Assembly (NCBI GenBank): GCA_029856145.1
Contig: JAHQWK010000008.1
Location: 96,001-160,000, forward strand
From: Promethearchaeia archaeon
Lineage (GTDB): Archaea; Asgardarchaeota; Lokiarchaeia; Sigyniarchaeales; SOKP01
Direction of reading: 5' to 3'
DNA: 64,000 bases
The notes under the pieces are model-generated. The model saw only the letters and a program-made list of their open reading frames with translations. It did no database searches and had not been told where the DNA came from. Below are positions 19,301 to 29,119 of the stretch, in pieces. Made by a program: the position numbers and the translations under genes. Positions within the stretch are counted from its first letter, which is position 1, and the number at the start of each line of letters is the position of its first letter.

Positions 19301-21397
19301 ATGGATGAAATACTAGCTCAAAAGTTATTAAATTTTATTGGGAAGCAAATTGAGAGTTTTGAAAATGAAAAACTCCTTGGAAAAAATAAAAATCATAATC
19401 TTGGAATAGTTTATACCCCAAACCAAGTTGTAGATTATATAGTATCTAATATATTCAGAATTTATTTTCAAGAGTTTTTTAATTCTTTAGATGATTATCA
19501 AGTTAATTTCAATTTGAAAGAAACATTGAAAAAATTAATCAGAAATCAGGAAGTTAAAGAAAAATTAAGTAAAATCATTAAAAGTATAAGGGTTTTAGAT
19601 CCTTCATGTGGTTCTGGGAGATTTTTAATATCTGTTGCAGAAAAATTATATAAAATTTATCAAATAGTAGAACCTGAATTATCTAATTTCGATATTAAAA
19701 AAGTAATAATTCAGAAGAATCTTTATGGAATTGAAATTGAAAACTCTGCTATTTTTATTTCAAAGCTGAGATTAATTAAATGGCTTTTATCTACTAATGT
19801 AAACAACTTATTATTTCATAATATTAACTTTAAGGGTTTAAAACTCACAGATCTTGACCAAATCATCGAAAAACTAGATTTAAAATTTAACTTTTTCAAC
19901 TTAGACTTTCTTTTAGAATTTGACTCTGATAAATTCGATATTATAATTGGAAATCCTCCTTATGTAGAAAATAAAAAGATAAAGGATATAGAATTTAAAA
20001 AAAGATTGACTAAGAGATATAAAACAGCTTATCGTTTATTTGATCTTTCAATACTTTTTATTGAGAGATCTTTAGAATTATTAGAAAATAATGGATATCT
20101 CTCATTTATTTTACCTAATAAATTCTTATCGGCAGATTATGGTATCAAAGTCAGACTATTATTATTAAATGAATCCGAGATTAAAGAAATCATAAATATA
20201 TCATCTTTACCTATATTTCAAAACGCAGCTACATACCCTATTATTTTATCTCTGAAGAAAGCTAAACAAAGCAAGGAAAAAGAGGTAATTATTAAAATTT
20301 TTAATAATTTAAACGAGTTAACTGAAAATAATAGAATTAAGACTATAAAATTCCATCAAAATTTAATTAATAAATTTCCTTCAAAAGTAATTCCGATCTC
20401 AGGAAATATAGAATTAATCACATATTTATTTAGAAACTTTAAAACCTTTGCTGAAACCTTTCAAGATTTAAAAATTATATATCGACCTTATGGTTTTTTA
20501 AATTATAGCAAACATTTTGATAATATCAGCGATGAACCCCAGTCTGATAATGATTTGGTATTAATTGGAACAGGTAATATTGAAAAATATTTTATTAAAT
20601 TTAATAAAAGAATAAAAATTGCTGGTAAAGATATTAAAATTTCATATTTTAATTATCATACTATTTTTGAACATATTTGGAGCGATCTCAATAGCGAAAA
20701 ACTAATTTTCAGGGAAATCGCAAAAGACTTAACTTGTTGTTATGATCCCGGGGTATTTACAAATATAACAGGTCTTTATTTTATAAAAATTGCTTCATTC
20801 AAAACTGATCAATTATTCAGTCTTTTAACAATTTTAAATTCGAACTTATTGGATTTGGTGTTTAAAACATTATTTGGTACATTACATATGGCTGGAGGTT
20901 ATTTGCGATTTAATGGTAGTTTCATTAAAAGATTACCATTACCAAGAAAATTTCCTTTGTTTCTATCACAATTGGGAAAAATTCTTCACCTCCTTTCACA
21001 ATTAAAATATGATCTTGACTCAAAAGATCCTGAAATTATAAGAAATCCTGAAATCGAAAGATTCAATAACAAATACTATAATGAAATACAGACTTATCTT
21101 AAATTTTTTAAAAGATTGAGCAATTCTTTGGTGAACTTATTATTTTTAGATGATTTATATTTAGAGTCTAATTTAGATTATTATTTATTAAGAGATTTAT
21201 TCGATATAAAAATAGAACCACAAAAAGTTCCACACAAATTTTTAATTCCTCGATTCGATATTAATAATTATAAAATCTTTTCATTAAATGAATTAGATTC
21301 TATTTTAACTAAAATAAAAAAACTATATAGCCGATTACATAATAATGCAGGTTTATTAAATCAAATAGACGACCTAATGAAAAATAATTTCAGCTAA
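19301..21397 (+). CDS. Amino (probably N6-adenine) DNA methyltransferase, gamma class (Eco57I/TaqI-like) with C-terminal target-recognition region
   Basis: GIVYTP, VLDPSCGSGRFL (motif I), FDIIIGNPPYV (motif IV), GYLSFILPNKFL. Confidence 0.88.
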   Translation: MDEILAQKLLNFIGKQIESFENEKLLGKNKNHNLGIVYTPNQVVDYIVSNIFRIYFQEFFNSLDDYQVNFNLKETLKKLIRNQEVKEKLSKIIKSIRVLDPSCGSGRFLISVAEKLYKIYQIVEPELSNFDIKKVIIQKNLYGIEIENSAIFISKLRLIKWLLSTNVNNLLFHNINFKGLKLTDLDQIIEKLDLKFNFFNLDFLLEFDSDKFDIIIGNPPYVENKKIKDIEFKKRLTKRYKTAYRLFDLSILFIERSLELLENNGYLSFILPNKFLSADYGIKVRLLLLNESEIKEIINISSLPIFQNAATYPIILSLKKAKQSKEKEVIIKIFNNLNELTENNRIKTIKFHQNLINKFPSKVIPISGNIELITYLFRNFKTFAETFQDLKIIYRPYGFLNYSKHFDNISDEPQSDNDLVLIGTGNIEKYFIKFNKRIKIAGKDIKISYFNYHTIFEHIWSDLNSEKLIFREIAKDLTCCYDPGVFTNITGLYFIKIASFKTDQLFSLLTILNSNLLDLVFKTLFGTLHMAGGYLRFNGSFIKRLPLPRKFPLFLSQLGKILHLLSQLKYDLDSKDPEIIRNPEIERFNNKYYNEIQTYLKFFKRLSNSLVNLLFLDDLYLESNLDYYLLRDLFDIKIEPQKVPHKFLIPRFDINNYKIFSLNELDSILTKIKKLYSRLHNNAGLLNQIDDLMKNNFS

Positions 21398-21515
21398 AAG
21401 GCAATTTTAAAATAGTCATTCTTTAGGTACAATCGAATTAAAATTAAATTTTAACAAAGATTATATATTTAAAATATTAATTAGTAAAAATCAATTAAAA
21501 TTGTGAGTAAGAACT

Positions 21516-21830
21516 ATGGCTAAAAAAAAGAGTGCTCCAAGTGAAGATGAAGATCTTGAACTTCCAGGTGGAAAAGTAGATGAAGACGGAGACGAAATAC
21601 TAGATCTAACTGATTGGGAAGATGATTTAGAAGAAGATGTTGTTTATGAAATCCCTGGTGATGATGAAATGATCGCGGAGGAGACTGAGGATGAAGAACT
21701 TGGGATGGAAGTTGATGAAGTTGTCAAGATGTTACGAGATGTAAAATGTAATCCTTGTCCGGGTTTAAGAAGTAAACCAGATTGTAAAATTGCCCATGAT
21801 TATGGGTGCCCAAAACCAAAAAAGCCATAA
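21516..21830 (+). CDS. Small highly acidic protein with C-terminal four-Cys cluster
   Basis: D/E-rich residues ~10-67, then CNPC-x7-C-x7-C; GTGAG upstream; T-rich tract downstream. Confidence 0.75.
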   Translation: MAKKKSAPSEDEDLELPGGKVDEDGDEILDLTDWEDDLEEDVVYEIPGDDEMIAEETEDEELGMEVDEVVKMLRDVKCNPCPGLRSKPDCKIAHDYGCPKPKKP

Positions 21831-21902
21831 AAATTATAATTTTTATTTTTTTATTATTTAAACGCTTAATTCATTTTTGATTATATTTCTTAGTGGAATA
21901 CG

Positions 21903-22901
21903 TTGCTTTCAAATACACACAAACGCATCATATTAATAATTATTGATGTTCTATTTAGCTGGTACATCTGGGAAGTAAATATTTCGTTAGGAAATCCGTG
22001 TTACACAACTGCTTTTTCAAGATGTTTCATCTTATCAATTACCACCTTTTTAATCATATATACCCCCTTTGAGATTTATTTTTCGTTTCGTGATCTCTGG
22101 TTTGATCGTTGGCCAAAACTTTATCAAAAAGATTTAGAAGTATCTTCCGTAAAAATAAATGTTTCTAATGGACTTTTATCAGCAAATCTGGTAAAGAATA
22201 AGAATCAAGCAAAAAGTAAATTAAAAAATACTTTAGTTATAGTCTGTCATGGGTTTTCTGACACGAAAGAAACACTTGAGTATTTCTATTATCCGCTTGC
22301 TTATCAAGGTTATGTTGTTTTAGCTTATGATGCTAGAGGTACGGGAAAATCTAAAAAAGCAGGAAAAAGAAGTGACTTTTTAGAAAGAATTGAGGATTTT
22401 AAAAAAATAATTGTGTGGGTTAAAAATCAAGAAGAATTTTCAAATATGAAAATCTTTTGTGTTGGTTTTAGTATAGGTGCTATTACAGTTTTATCTGGAG
22501 GTTTTGCAAATAGAGATATTGAAAAAATTATTGCGATTTCTTCAATGTCTCATTACAAACAAAATATATCAAAATATAATCCTGTTGTTCTGTTGAGTTA
22601 TTTAATTAAAGGTGTGAAATTATTCCCTAATATCGAAGAAAATAACCGGTTATCTCCTTATCTATTAATGAAAAAAGTAAAAAAAGAACTAAAATTAGAA
22701 CAATGGAAAATTTTCACTAAAAATGTTATGTTAATACATTGTAAAAATGATCGAGTAATAAAATTCAAAAATCTACAAGAGAATAAAATGATCTTAGAAT
22801 CTCCAGAGAGAAATGTGCTAATATTAAAGAGAGGAGGACACTCACAAAAGAAAAATGAATGTGTCTTAGTTGGCGCTGCTCTCAATTTTTTAAATTCATA
22901 G
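21903..22901 (+). CDS. Membrane-anchored alpha/beta hydrolase
   Basis: Two N-terminal hydrophobic segments; CHGF, YDARGTGKS, GFSIGA nucleophile, D...GGH. Confidence 0.8.
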   Translation: MLSNTHKRIILIIIDVLFSWYIWEVNISLGNPCYTTAFSRCFILSITTFLIIYTPFEIYFSFRDLWFDRWPKLYQKDLEVSSVKINVSNGLLSANLVKNKNQAKSKLKNTLVIVCHGFSDTKETLEYFYYPLAYQGYVVLAYDARGTGKSKKAGKRSDFLERIEDFKKIIVWVKNQEEFSNMKIFCVGFSIGAITVLSGGFANRDIEKIIAISSMSHYKQNISKYNPVVLLSYLIKGVKLFPNIEENNRLSPYLLMKKVKKELKLEQWKIFTKNVMLIHCKNDRVIKFKNLQENKMILESPERNVLILKRGGHSQKKNECVLVGAALNFLNS

Positions 22902-22978
22902 TTGTGTAAACTTGGTTTTTTTTTAGTTATTAACAGTTATAAAACTTAATTATTTCTTTTATAGTTTCAAGGTTCATT

Positions 22979-24424
22979 TCAATCAATAATTTTTCCCCAA
23001 TCTGAGAATTTGATGATTTTTTTATAATTTTTAACCATTCTTGTAAATAAAACGCAACCTATACAAAACATGTTTGCAAAATCTTCTTTTGTTAAGTTTA
23101 GTAGTCTACTGTTCTTGTCCGAGAAACCTATACCACGGTCAACTTCAATTTGGCCATCATAACCAGATAAATTTACTACAAATTCTTGCTTATTTAGTAT
23201 TTTTTTATTAATAAATACTTCTCGTGCAATTCTAGCTAATCCTCCAATGGGGATAACTTTACCTTCTCTTTGAGCTAAGTAAATTCGTAAATCAAATGTA
23301 TGTTTCCCCCCCTGCCAATCTATTAATGAGAAATCAGCCATCTCCTGAATGGTGTATGGAAAAGGATCACGATTTTTCATAAACTTACCAAAAAATTCCT
23401 TTTTACTTTCTTCAACAAGATTTTTAATATTAAGAAGATCCTCATCTTTAGAAACAGGAATAACTCCAGCCCCTCCAGAGCCCCCACTAGGTTTAATAAT
23501 AAAAGATTTCTTATATTCCTTTATAAGATACTTTAACTTGTCAGCTAACTCATTTTCATTAAACGCTTTTGTGAATAAGAGATATTTTAAATTATATTTT
23601 TTGAGAAGATCTTTACTAAAATAGCTTGCTAAATATGTTAAAGATTTATCGTCAGTTATATTAAATATAGGATTCACTAAAATTGATTTTATTTCACGAA
23701 AATCTTTTTTAATTAATTTTGAGAAGTTTTCATTCTTGAAACGTCTTATAATGCCATCTCCTATTAAAACACTAACTTCTTCCTCTTCAAATTTTATCCA
23801 ATTATTAGAAAATGAAAGAGATTTTGACAATTGTCTATAATCAGCTATCAAAAAAACTATTTCGGCTTGAAAGTCTTTATCATAATTATCAGTATTAAAG
23901 ATTTTTACTGAATGCCCATTAGCTTTAAGTTTTTTTCTAAAGTATTCTATCATTATTACTTTTTCATGAATTAAACCATCATTAACAGTTATACCAATTA
24001 TTACAAACACTTTATTGAGACTGGCCTTATTTCGATTGATTGCTTGATTAATAGCTTCTAAATATCCATCATATAAAAGAGCTTGTTGTTTTTCAGTAAT
24101 AATTGAAAGCCCTCGGTGAGATCCCCCATTGGTTTCTAAAAGAAAAAATTTTTTTCCTTCATATTCATCAGATACCATGAAATCAATACTACCAGCATAA
24201 AATGAATCAGTACTACTCAAAACATTATCCTTACCTTTTTCCATCCTTTCTAAAGCACGATTTCTTACTTCATCAGTGAATGTATCTTCTTGTGAGGCTC
24301 TCAAGTCGGCAAAAGATATTAAATCTAATCCTAAGGATTTTCCTAAATTGATTAATTCTAAATCTGAATCTGAAATTTTTGAGGACATTAGTTTTAGAAA
24401 TTTAGTGAGAAGATCTTCATCCAT
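22979..24424 (-). CDS. ATP-grasp ligase, circularly permuted type
   Basis: N-terminal IDF...LLETN, DDK, IIKPSGGSGGAGV, IQE, FDLRIY...GGLAR...VVNLS. Confidence 0.72.
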   Translation of the reverse strand: MDEDLLTKFLKLMSSKISDSDLELINLGKSLGLDLISFADLRASQEDTFTDEVRNRALERMEKGKDNVLSSTDSFYAGSIDFMVSDEYEGKKFFLLETNGGSHRGLSIITEKQQALLYDGYLEAINQAINRNKASLNKVFVIIGITVNDGLIHEKVIMIEYFRKKLKANGHSVKIFNTDNYDKDFQAEIVFLIADYRQLSKSLSFSNNWIKFEEEEVSVLIGDGIIRRFKNENFSKLIKKDFREIKSILVNPIFNITDDKSLTYLASYFSKDLLKKYNLKYLLFTKAFNENELADKLKYLIKEYKKSFIIKPSGGSGGAGVIPVSKDEDLLNIKNLVEESKKEFFGKFMKNRDPFPYTIQEMADFSLIDWQGGKHTFDLRIYLAQREGKVIPIGGLARIAREVFINKKILNKQEFVVNLSGYDGQIEVDRGIGFSDKNSRLLNLTKEDFANMFCIGCVLFTRMVKNYKKIIKFSDWGKIID

Positions 24425-24520
24425 AAATTATTATAATTATACCACAGTTTAAAAAAATTAGGCTTAATGCAATTTTTTAAGAATTGAAAATAGAAACATA
24501 TCTGGTAAGAAAATAAAAAA

Positions 24521-25741
24521 TTAGAGATATAAGTATCCTTGATGATTCCCTTTAATGCTCAACCTAAGGGAGCCGATTAAAATCTTCTTTACCTTAAGTT
24601 GTTCCTTATAAGTTAAATTTGAATATAGCAAAATATAATTTTTTTCAATATTTACAGTGAAAAGAAGTCCTATCTCTATCAACTCAGATTTTTCAGTCAT
24701 TAAACCAATTATTACATAATGATAAGGAAGATTAACAAGATTGTAAATGTCAATATCCTTTTCGAAAATTTGCTCTTTTTCCTTGTCATATTCTGTTTTT
24801 ATAAACTTCATCTTGTCTAAAGGAATTGAAATTTTTCTAAATTCCTCGAATTTCTTTGAAAATTGACTTTGACGCAAAAATCTTCTTTCTTCTTTATCTT
24901 TTTCATAAAAATATTTATTTTTCTCTTTAATTGAATAAATTTTTCTATCTTTTCTAGAACTTGAGGAAGTTTTTTCTATAGTTTGGAGTTCCTCAATAGT
25001 TTCATCATGAAAAATAATTAAAATGTCTGGATCAACTGTTTGGATAAAAAAGTTTTTATAAAGAATCCCCGCTTCAGTTTTAATCCAACCATCTGTATCA
25101 ATTAAAATAAAATCAATGGACTTATTTTTTGCGATGTAATCATCTATTAATCTTTTACATGAAAGAGAAACTATGAATTTATAATCTCCTTTTGGAAAAG
25201 TAGCGCCAATAAAAACCATTTTTTCAGAATTAATCTTCTCACTTGAAACAAAATAATCCTCGATCGAACCAATGTTTATCGTAGTAGGGATATATATTAT
25301 TTGTTGACCTAGATCAGAATCAAGATAACCCCCCTTTAATCCCTCTTTTAGGAAATTGTTTGCTAAATATTTGATAAAAGTTGTTTTTCCACTGCTGATT
25401 CCTAAAACCATGATCTTTAATGGTACGCCTGGATTTTGTTTCAATGCCTTTATGATGGAATCTTTAATTTCACTCCAATCAGGAGAAATCGAATTTTCTT
25501 CAATATTTATAAGATTGTCTTCAGTTCTTGTATATATTTCTAATTTTGATTTTTCTACAGCATAAATTGGATAACTTTGGGCACTTGGTACTATTAAAAC
25601 ATCATTTAAATTTGAGCTCTCTGATGGTGATTTTTCAGGAATAAAAATCTTCCCGAAAACTTCAACCTTTCCTTCTACCAAGGTTATTCTTGCTGGACCT
25701 TTTACTAATAAAGTGTGTCCCTTACTTACATCTTTAATCAT
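24521..25741 (-). CDS. Clp1/Nol9(Grc3)-family polynucleotide 5'-kinase
   Basis: LVKGPA N-domain, SGKTT, DSDLGQ, IDTDGW, ERRFLR lid motif. Confidence 0.88.
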   Translation of the reverse strand: MIKDVSKGHTLLVKGPARITLVEGKVEVFGKIFIPEKSPSESSNLNDVLIVPSAQSYPIYAVEKSKLEIYTRTEDNLINIEENSISPDWSEIKDSIIKALKQNPGVPLKIMVLGISSGKTTFIKYLANNFLKEGLKGGYLDSDLGQQIIYIPTTINIGSIEDYFVSSEKINSEKMVFIGATFPKGDYKFIVSLSCKRLIDDYIAKNKSIDFILIDTDGWIKTEAGILYKNFFIQTVDPDILIIFHDETIEELQTIEKTSSSSRKDRKIYSIKEKNKYFYEKDKEERRFLRQSQFSKKFEEFRKISIPLDKMKFIKTEYDKEKEQIFEKDIDIYNLVNLPYHYVIIGLMTEKSELIEIGLLFTVNIEKNYILLYSNLTYKEQLKVKKILIGSLRLSIKGNHQGYLYL

Positions 25742-25959
25742 AAATAATTCATCCTATATATAAAGTAATTTGAATCTGTTATTCAATTATGATTTCCTTT
25801 AATTTTAGTAGTGTAAATTTTTGCATTTTTATAGAAATAAAGAATTGACATCCTATTAACATATTTAGTAAATTTTTTCTAATCATAATTTAAGTTTTTT
25901 ATAAAAATTTCAAATGTCCACTCTTGATATTTTTAGTAATTTATTTAAAAATAAATAAT

Positions 25960-26700
25960 TTAAGTACAAAATTCATTAATGAATTTTATGAGTTCTAATA
26001 CAATTTGTTTGTGATCTGGGCTATCTAAAATTGGGTGATCATTATTCTCTAACCAAATTTTCCTCTTTTTCTTAGATGCGATATTATCGTAAATATAATC
26101 TATGCTATTACTTTTAATTTCAGAATCCAATTTTCCTTGAAAAATTAATGCAGGGCACTTAATTTCACTTAAAGATTTCTTCATTTCTCTCATCAGTTTT
26201 TTTAGTTTTGTGGCAATATTTAATGGAATCTTATCATAACCGACCCATTTTCCATTTGTATCTTTTTTGAATTGTTCTGAATCAATAGTATGATATTTTA
26301 CAAAAATTTTGAACAATGGAACAAGATGAAATAAAAATCTTTGAACTCCGATCGGTGCACTAATAGTAAAAATACCATCTAAATTATAATTTGCCGCTAA
26401 TATTAATGTTAAAACACCACCCATAGAATGACCACCTACAATAACCTTATCACATTTATCTATTAATATAGATAATTCTCTATTTATAGCTGATTTCCAA
26501 TAATCAATACGAGTTTTTTTTAAATCCTTAGGTGTGGTCCCATATCCAGGAAGTAAAGGAATATTAATAGTATAACCTCCTTTCATATGCAAATCTTCTG
26601 CTAGAGGTTTTAAATCTGCACAGGTTCCACCGCCGCCGCCATGTATTAAAAGAATTCCAATATTGTTTCCTTCAAAATAAAATGGACCTGCACCAAGCAT
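25960..26700 (-). CDS. Carboxylesterase (alpha/beta hydrolase)
   Basis: LLIHG, LPGYGT, GHSMGG, D...H. Confidence 0.88.
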   Translation of the reverse strand: MLGAGPFYFEGNNIGILLIHGGGGGTCADLKPLAEDLHMKGGYTINIPLLPGYGTTPKDLKKTRIDYWKSAINRELSILIDKCDKVIVGGHSMGGVLTLILAANYNLDGIFTISAPIGVQRFLFHLVPLFKIFVKYHTIDSEQFKKDTNGKWVGYDKIPLNIATKLKKLMREMKKSLSEIKCPALIFQGKLDSEIKSNSIDYIYDNIASKKKRKIWLENNDHPILDSPDHKQIVLELIKFINEFCT

Positions 26701-26835
26701 TATACTTAGACTATTGTTATTCTTTTTATTTTAAATTTATCTAAATGATTAATAAATAATAAAAATCTCAATATATTCATATTTCTTAGAGGAATTTATT
26801 CAAAAATATTAAATTTAAAAAAGTATTATCGCTGA

Positions 26836-27363
26836 CTAACCTCTTGTTATTTTATAGCAAGGAATACACATTTCAGCGCCGTTATAAGTCATAAGTCTAC
26901 TATTCATAGTAAGTTCTCCACATATCTCACAAGGTACTGAAAGTTCAACTTGCGCTAATCCTGGAGGATTATATTCGATTTCATATATCTTAAATACATC
27001 TTCTGGCTTTGATTTTAACAGTAACTGAATCTTTTCATCTCGAGATAACTTTTTATTATTAAATTTCCCACTTTTTATTGCTAATCTTATGCCTTTTTCG
27101 GTCCTTCTATCATAAAAGAAGTAATTATTCTTACCATAATCTTTATGGACAAGATTCCCCTTCCCAAATGTTGTACCTAATATTGCTTGAAGAGCATCAA
27201 CACTGCAATTATCATTCTCAACAATAGCAACTAACTCCTCATTTGGTGAATAATCATATCCATGTTCCAAAACATATTTTGCTACTAAAACACCAATCGC
27301 TAAACCAGGACAAATATGTCCATGAAACCTTACAGCTTTTTCCATTAAGTCTTTAGCTTCCAT
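26836..27363 (-). CDS. FmdE-family protein with C-terminal zinc finger
   Basis: FHGHICPGLAIG, ENDNCSVDALQ, TFGKGNL, CEICGE...CIPC. Confidence 0.92.
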   Translation of the reverse strand: MEAKDLMEKAVRFHGHICPGLAIGVLVAKYVLEHGYDYSPNEELVAIVENDNCSVDALQAILGTTFGKGNLVHKDYGKNNYFFYDRRTEKGIRLAIKSGKFNNKKLSRDEKIQLLLKSKPEDVFKIYEIEYNPPGLAQVELSVPCEICGELTMNSRLMTYNGAEMCIPCYKITRG

Positions 27364-27454
27364 TTATATCCGTACGAATTTTTAATTTGATTAAATTTCA
27401 AATATATAATTTATTAGATGCTTTATATATATTTAATTTAGAATTACTTAATAA

Positions 27455-27967
27455 ATGCTTAGCCTCTTTAATATGAAATTTTTAGTTGATTCAATGCTGG
27501 GCAAATTAACCCGGTTCTTGCGTATTTTTGGATATGACACAATATACGCAAATGATCTAATAAATTTTTTTAATATAAATCCCGTTCCTGATGAACTGTT
27601 AATTGATTATGCGAGTAAGGATAACAGAATTATCATTACAAAAGACTTTCCTTTGTATATGCGTTATAAAGATAAAAGTATATTTCTTAAGGGTGAAGGT
27701 ATATATAATTACCTTCATCAGCTCAATAAGCAGTTTGGGATAAAGTTTGAATTTAGCTTTAAACAAGCTAGATGTTCAATATGTAATTCACAGTTAGAAA
27801 GAGTTACAAATAAGATTTCAATAAAAAGTGATGTTTTAAAAGAAACATATAATCACTTCAATGAATTCTATCAATGTTCAAACCTTCAATGTAAAAAAGT
27901 GTACTGGCAAGGCTCTCATATTGAAGATATTCAATATAAATTAGGTAAAACTCTAGAATTTGATTAA
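27455..27967 (+). CDS. Mut7-C RNase (PIN-fold) domain protein
   Basis: KFLVDSMLGKLTRFLRIFGYD, IITKD, RCSICN, C...CKKVYWQGSH; likely start at the ATG at 27473. Confidence 0.92.
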   Translation: MLSLFNMKFLVDSMLGKLTRFLRIFGYDTIYANDLINFFNINPVPDELLIDYASKDNRIIITKDFPLYMRYKDKSIFLKGEGIYNYLHQLNKQFGIKFEFSFKQARCSICNSQLERVTNKISIKSDVLKETYNHFNEFYQCSNLQCKKVYWQGSHIEDIQYKLGKTLEFD

Positions 27968-27972
27968 AATAT

Positions 27973-28200
27973 TTATTTTTTAAAATACTTTTCTTTGATT
28001 TCTAAGAATCTTTGTTTTGTCTTTTCAGCAAGTTCAGTATAATTCCCCTTCTTATACATTGCATAGGCTTGATTTAATAATTCAAGACATTTACGATATT
28101 CTATATTCTTGAAATGATTTTCAGAAAGAGACACTAAGTAGTCTCCTTTTTTTTTATAAAATTCGATAAATTGCTCCGATGTATCAATTTTCCTATCCAT
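27973..28200 (-). CDS. Small helical hypothetical protein
   Basis: 75-aa ORF filling the gap, TPR-like helix pattern. Confidence 0.55.
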   Translation of the reverse strand: MDRKIDTSEQFIEFYKKKGDYLVSLSENHFKNIEYRKCLELLNQAYAMYKKGNYTELAEKTKQRFLEIKEKYFKK

Positions 28201-28269
28201 TCTATTTTAACTATCCGAAATTTGAATTTAAATATATGATATCTTATATTGTTAATCATAATAAATTAA

Positions 28270-28698
28270 CTATTGAAGATAGTTAAAAAAATCAGCATAC
28301 CTTAAAACATGGCTTACCTCCAGAATTCTACCTGGCTCCTCTACTTTCTGCACTATTTTAATACAATCAGTTAACCTATTTGCCATCGGATTTTCTAACA
28401 AAACATGATATCCTTTTTCTAATGTTAATAAAGTATGCTCTGTGTGCATCTGGTCACGAGTAAAAATAAATGCAACATCAACGAACTTTTTCTTAGAAAG
28501 TAAATTCTCCCAACTTTCAAAATATCTTTCAGAAGGGATGTAATGTAATTTTGCAAAATTCTCACGTCTATTTTTTATAGGTTCTGCTACAGCAACAATT
28601 TTCAGTTTTTTTTTATTTTTTATAGCATAATTTCCATAGACATAAAATCTTCTTCTTCCAGTTCACAATAAAACTGCTGTAACTGGCAATCTCATCAT
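28270..28698 (-). pseudogene. Degraded Gfo/Idh/MocA-family oxidoreductase
   Basis: Hand translation MMRLPVTAVLL*TGRRR...KIVAVAEP...DQMH...GYHVLLENPMA...SHVLRY...Q*; in-frame TGA at 28663-28665 replaces a Rossmann Gly; EKP changed to ENP; truncated at ~142 codons. Confidence 0.85.
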
Positions 28699-28792
28699 AA
28701 AAACCAAAAGAATTAACTTAATAGATAGTAGAATTGAGTTTAAAAATATAATATATTTAATTTAATCGATTAAATTCTGATTTTATACTTTA

Positions 28793-29044
28793 TTAATCAA
28801 TCTCTCTCTTACTTTTAAGATTTTCAAGTTGTTCTCTATAAGTAAAAACAGTTTTGGCTATCTCTCCCAAATATTCAGCGGGATTCATAGTTTTTCCACA
28901 TTTGCTACATTTGAAGTCAAGCATTCCATCGATTGAAATTAGTGTTCCATTTTCACAATGAGCACATTGTTCAAATGACCATCTGTCTATAATTTTTATA
29001 ATATCTTCGATGAATTTTTCTTGGTTTAGTTTAGGCATGATCAT
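28793..29044 (-). CDS. Small Zn-ribbon protein
   Basis: CAHC and CSKC pair; GGAG/GTGA upstream. Confidence 0.7.
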   Translation of the reverse strand: MIMPKLNQEKFIEDIIKIIDRWSFEQCAHCENGTLISIDGMLDFKCSKCGKTMNPAEYLGEIAKTVFTYREQLENLKSKREID

Positions 29045-29119
29045 TCACTTATTATTACACTCCAAATTATTAGTATTTTTAATTTTTTATTTTGGATTTT
29101 CATGATTGTAAATATCCCT

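Noticed and set aside
22979-24424. Tubulin-tyrosine ligase call based on FDLRIY
   Set aside because: The ExN motif is N-terminal (permuted), unlike TTL, and the GGLAR/VVNLS signature fits the circularly permuted family better
26836-27363. FmdE plus Hdr as evidence of methanogenesis
   Set aside because: FmdE-like and Hdr-like genes are widespread in non-methanogens; no mcr, mtr or fwd catalytic genes are in the window
28663-28665. In-frame TGA as possible Sec or readthrough codon
   Set aside because: It replaces a Rossmann-fold Gly (GGA to TGA), other motifs are also decayed and the gene is truncated, so a pseudogene is the simpler explanation
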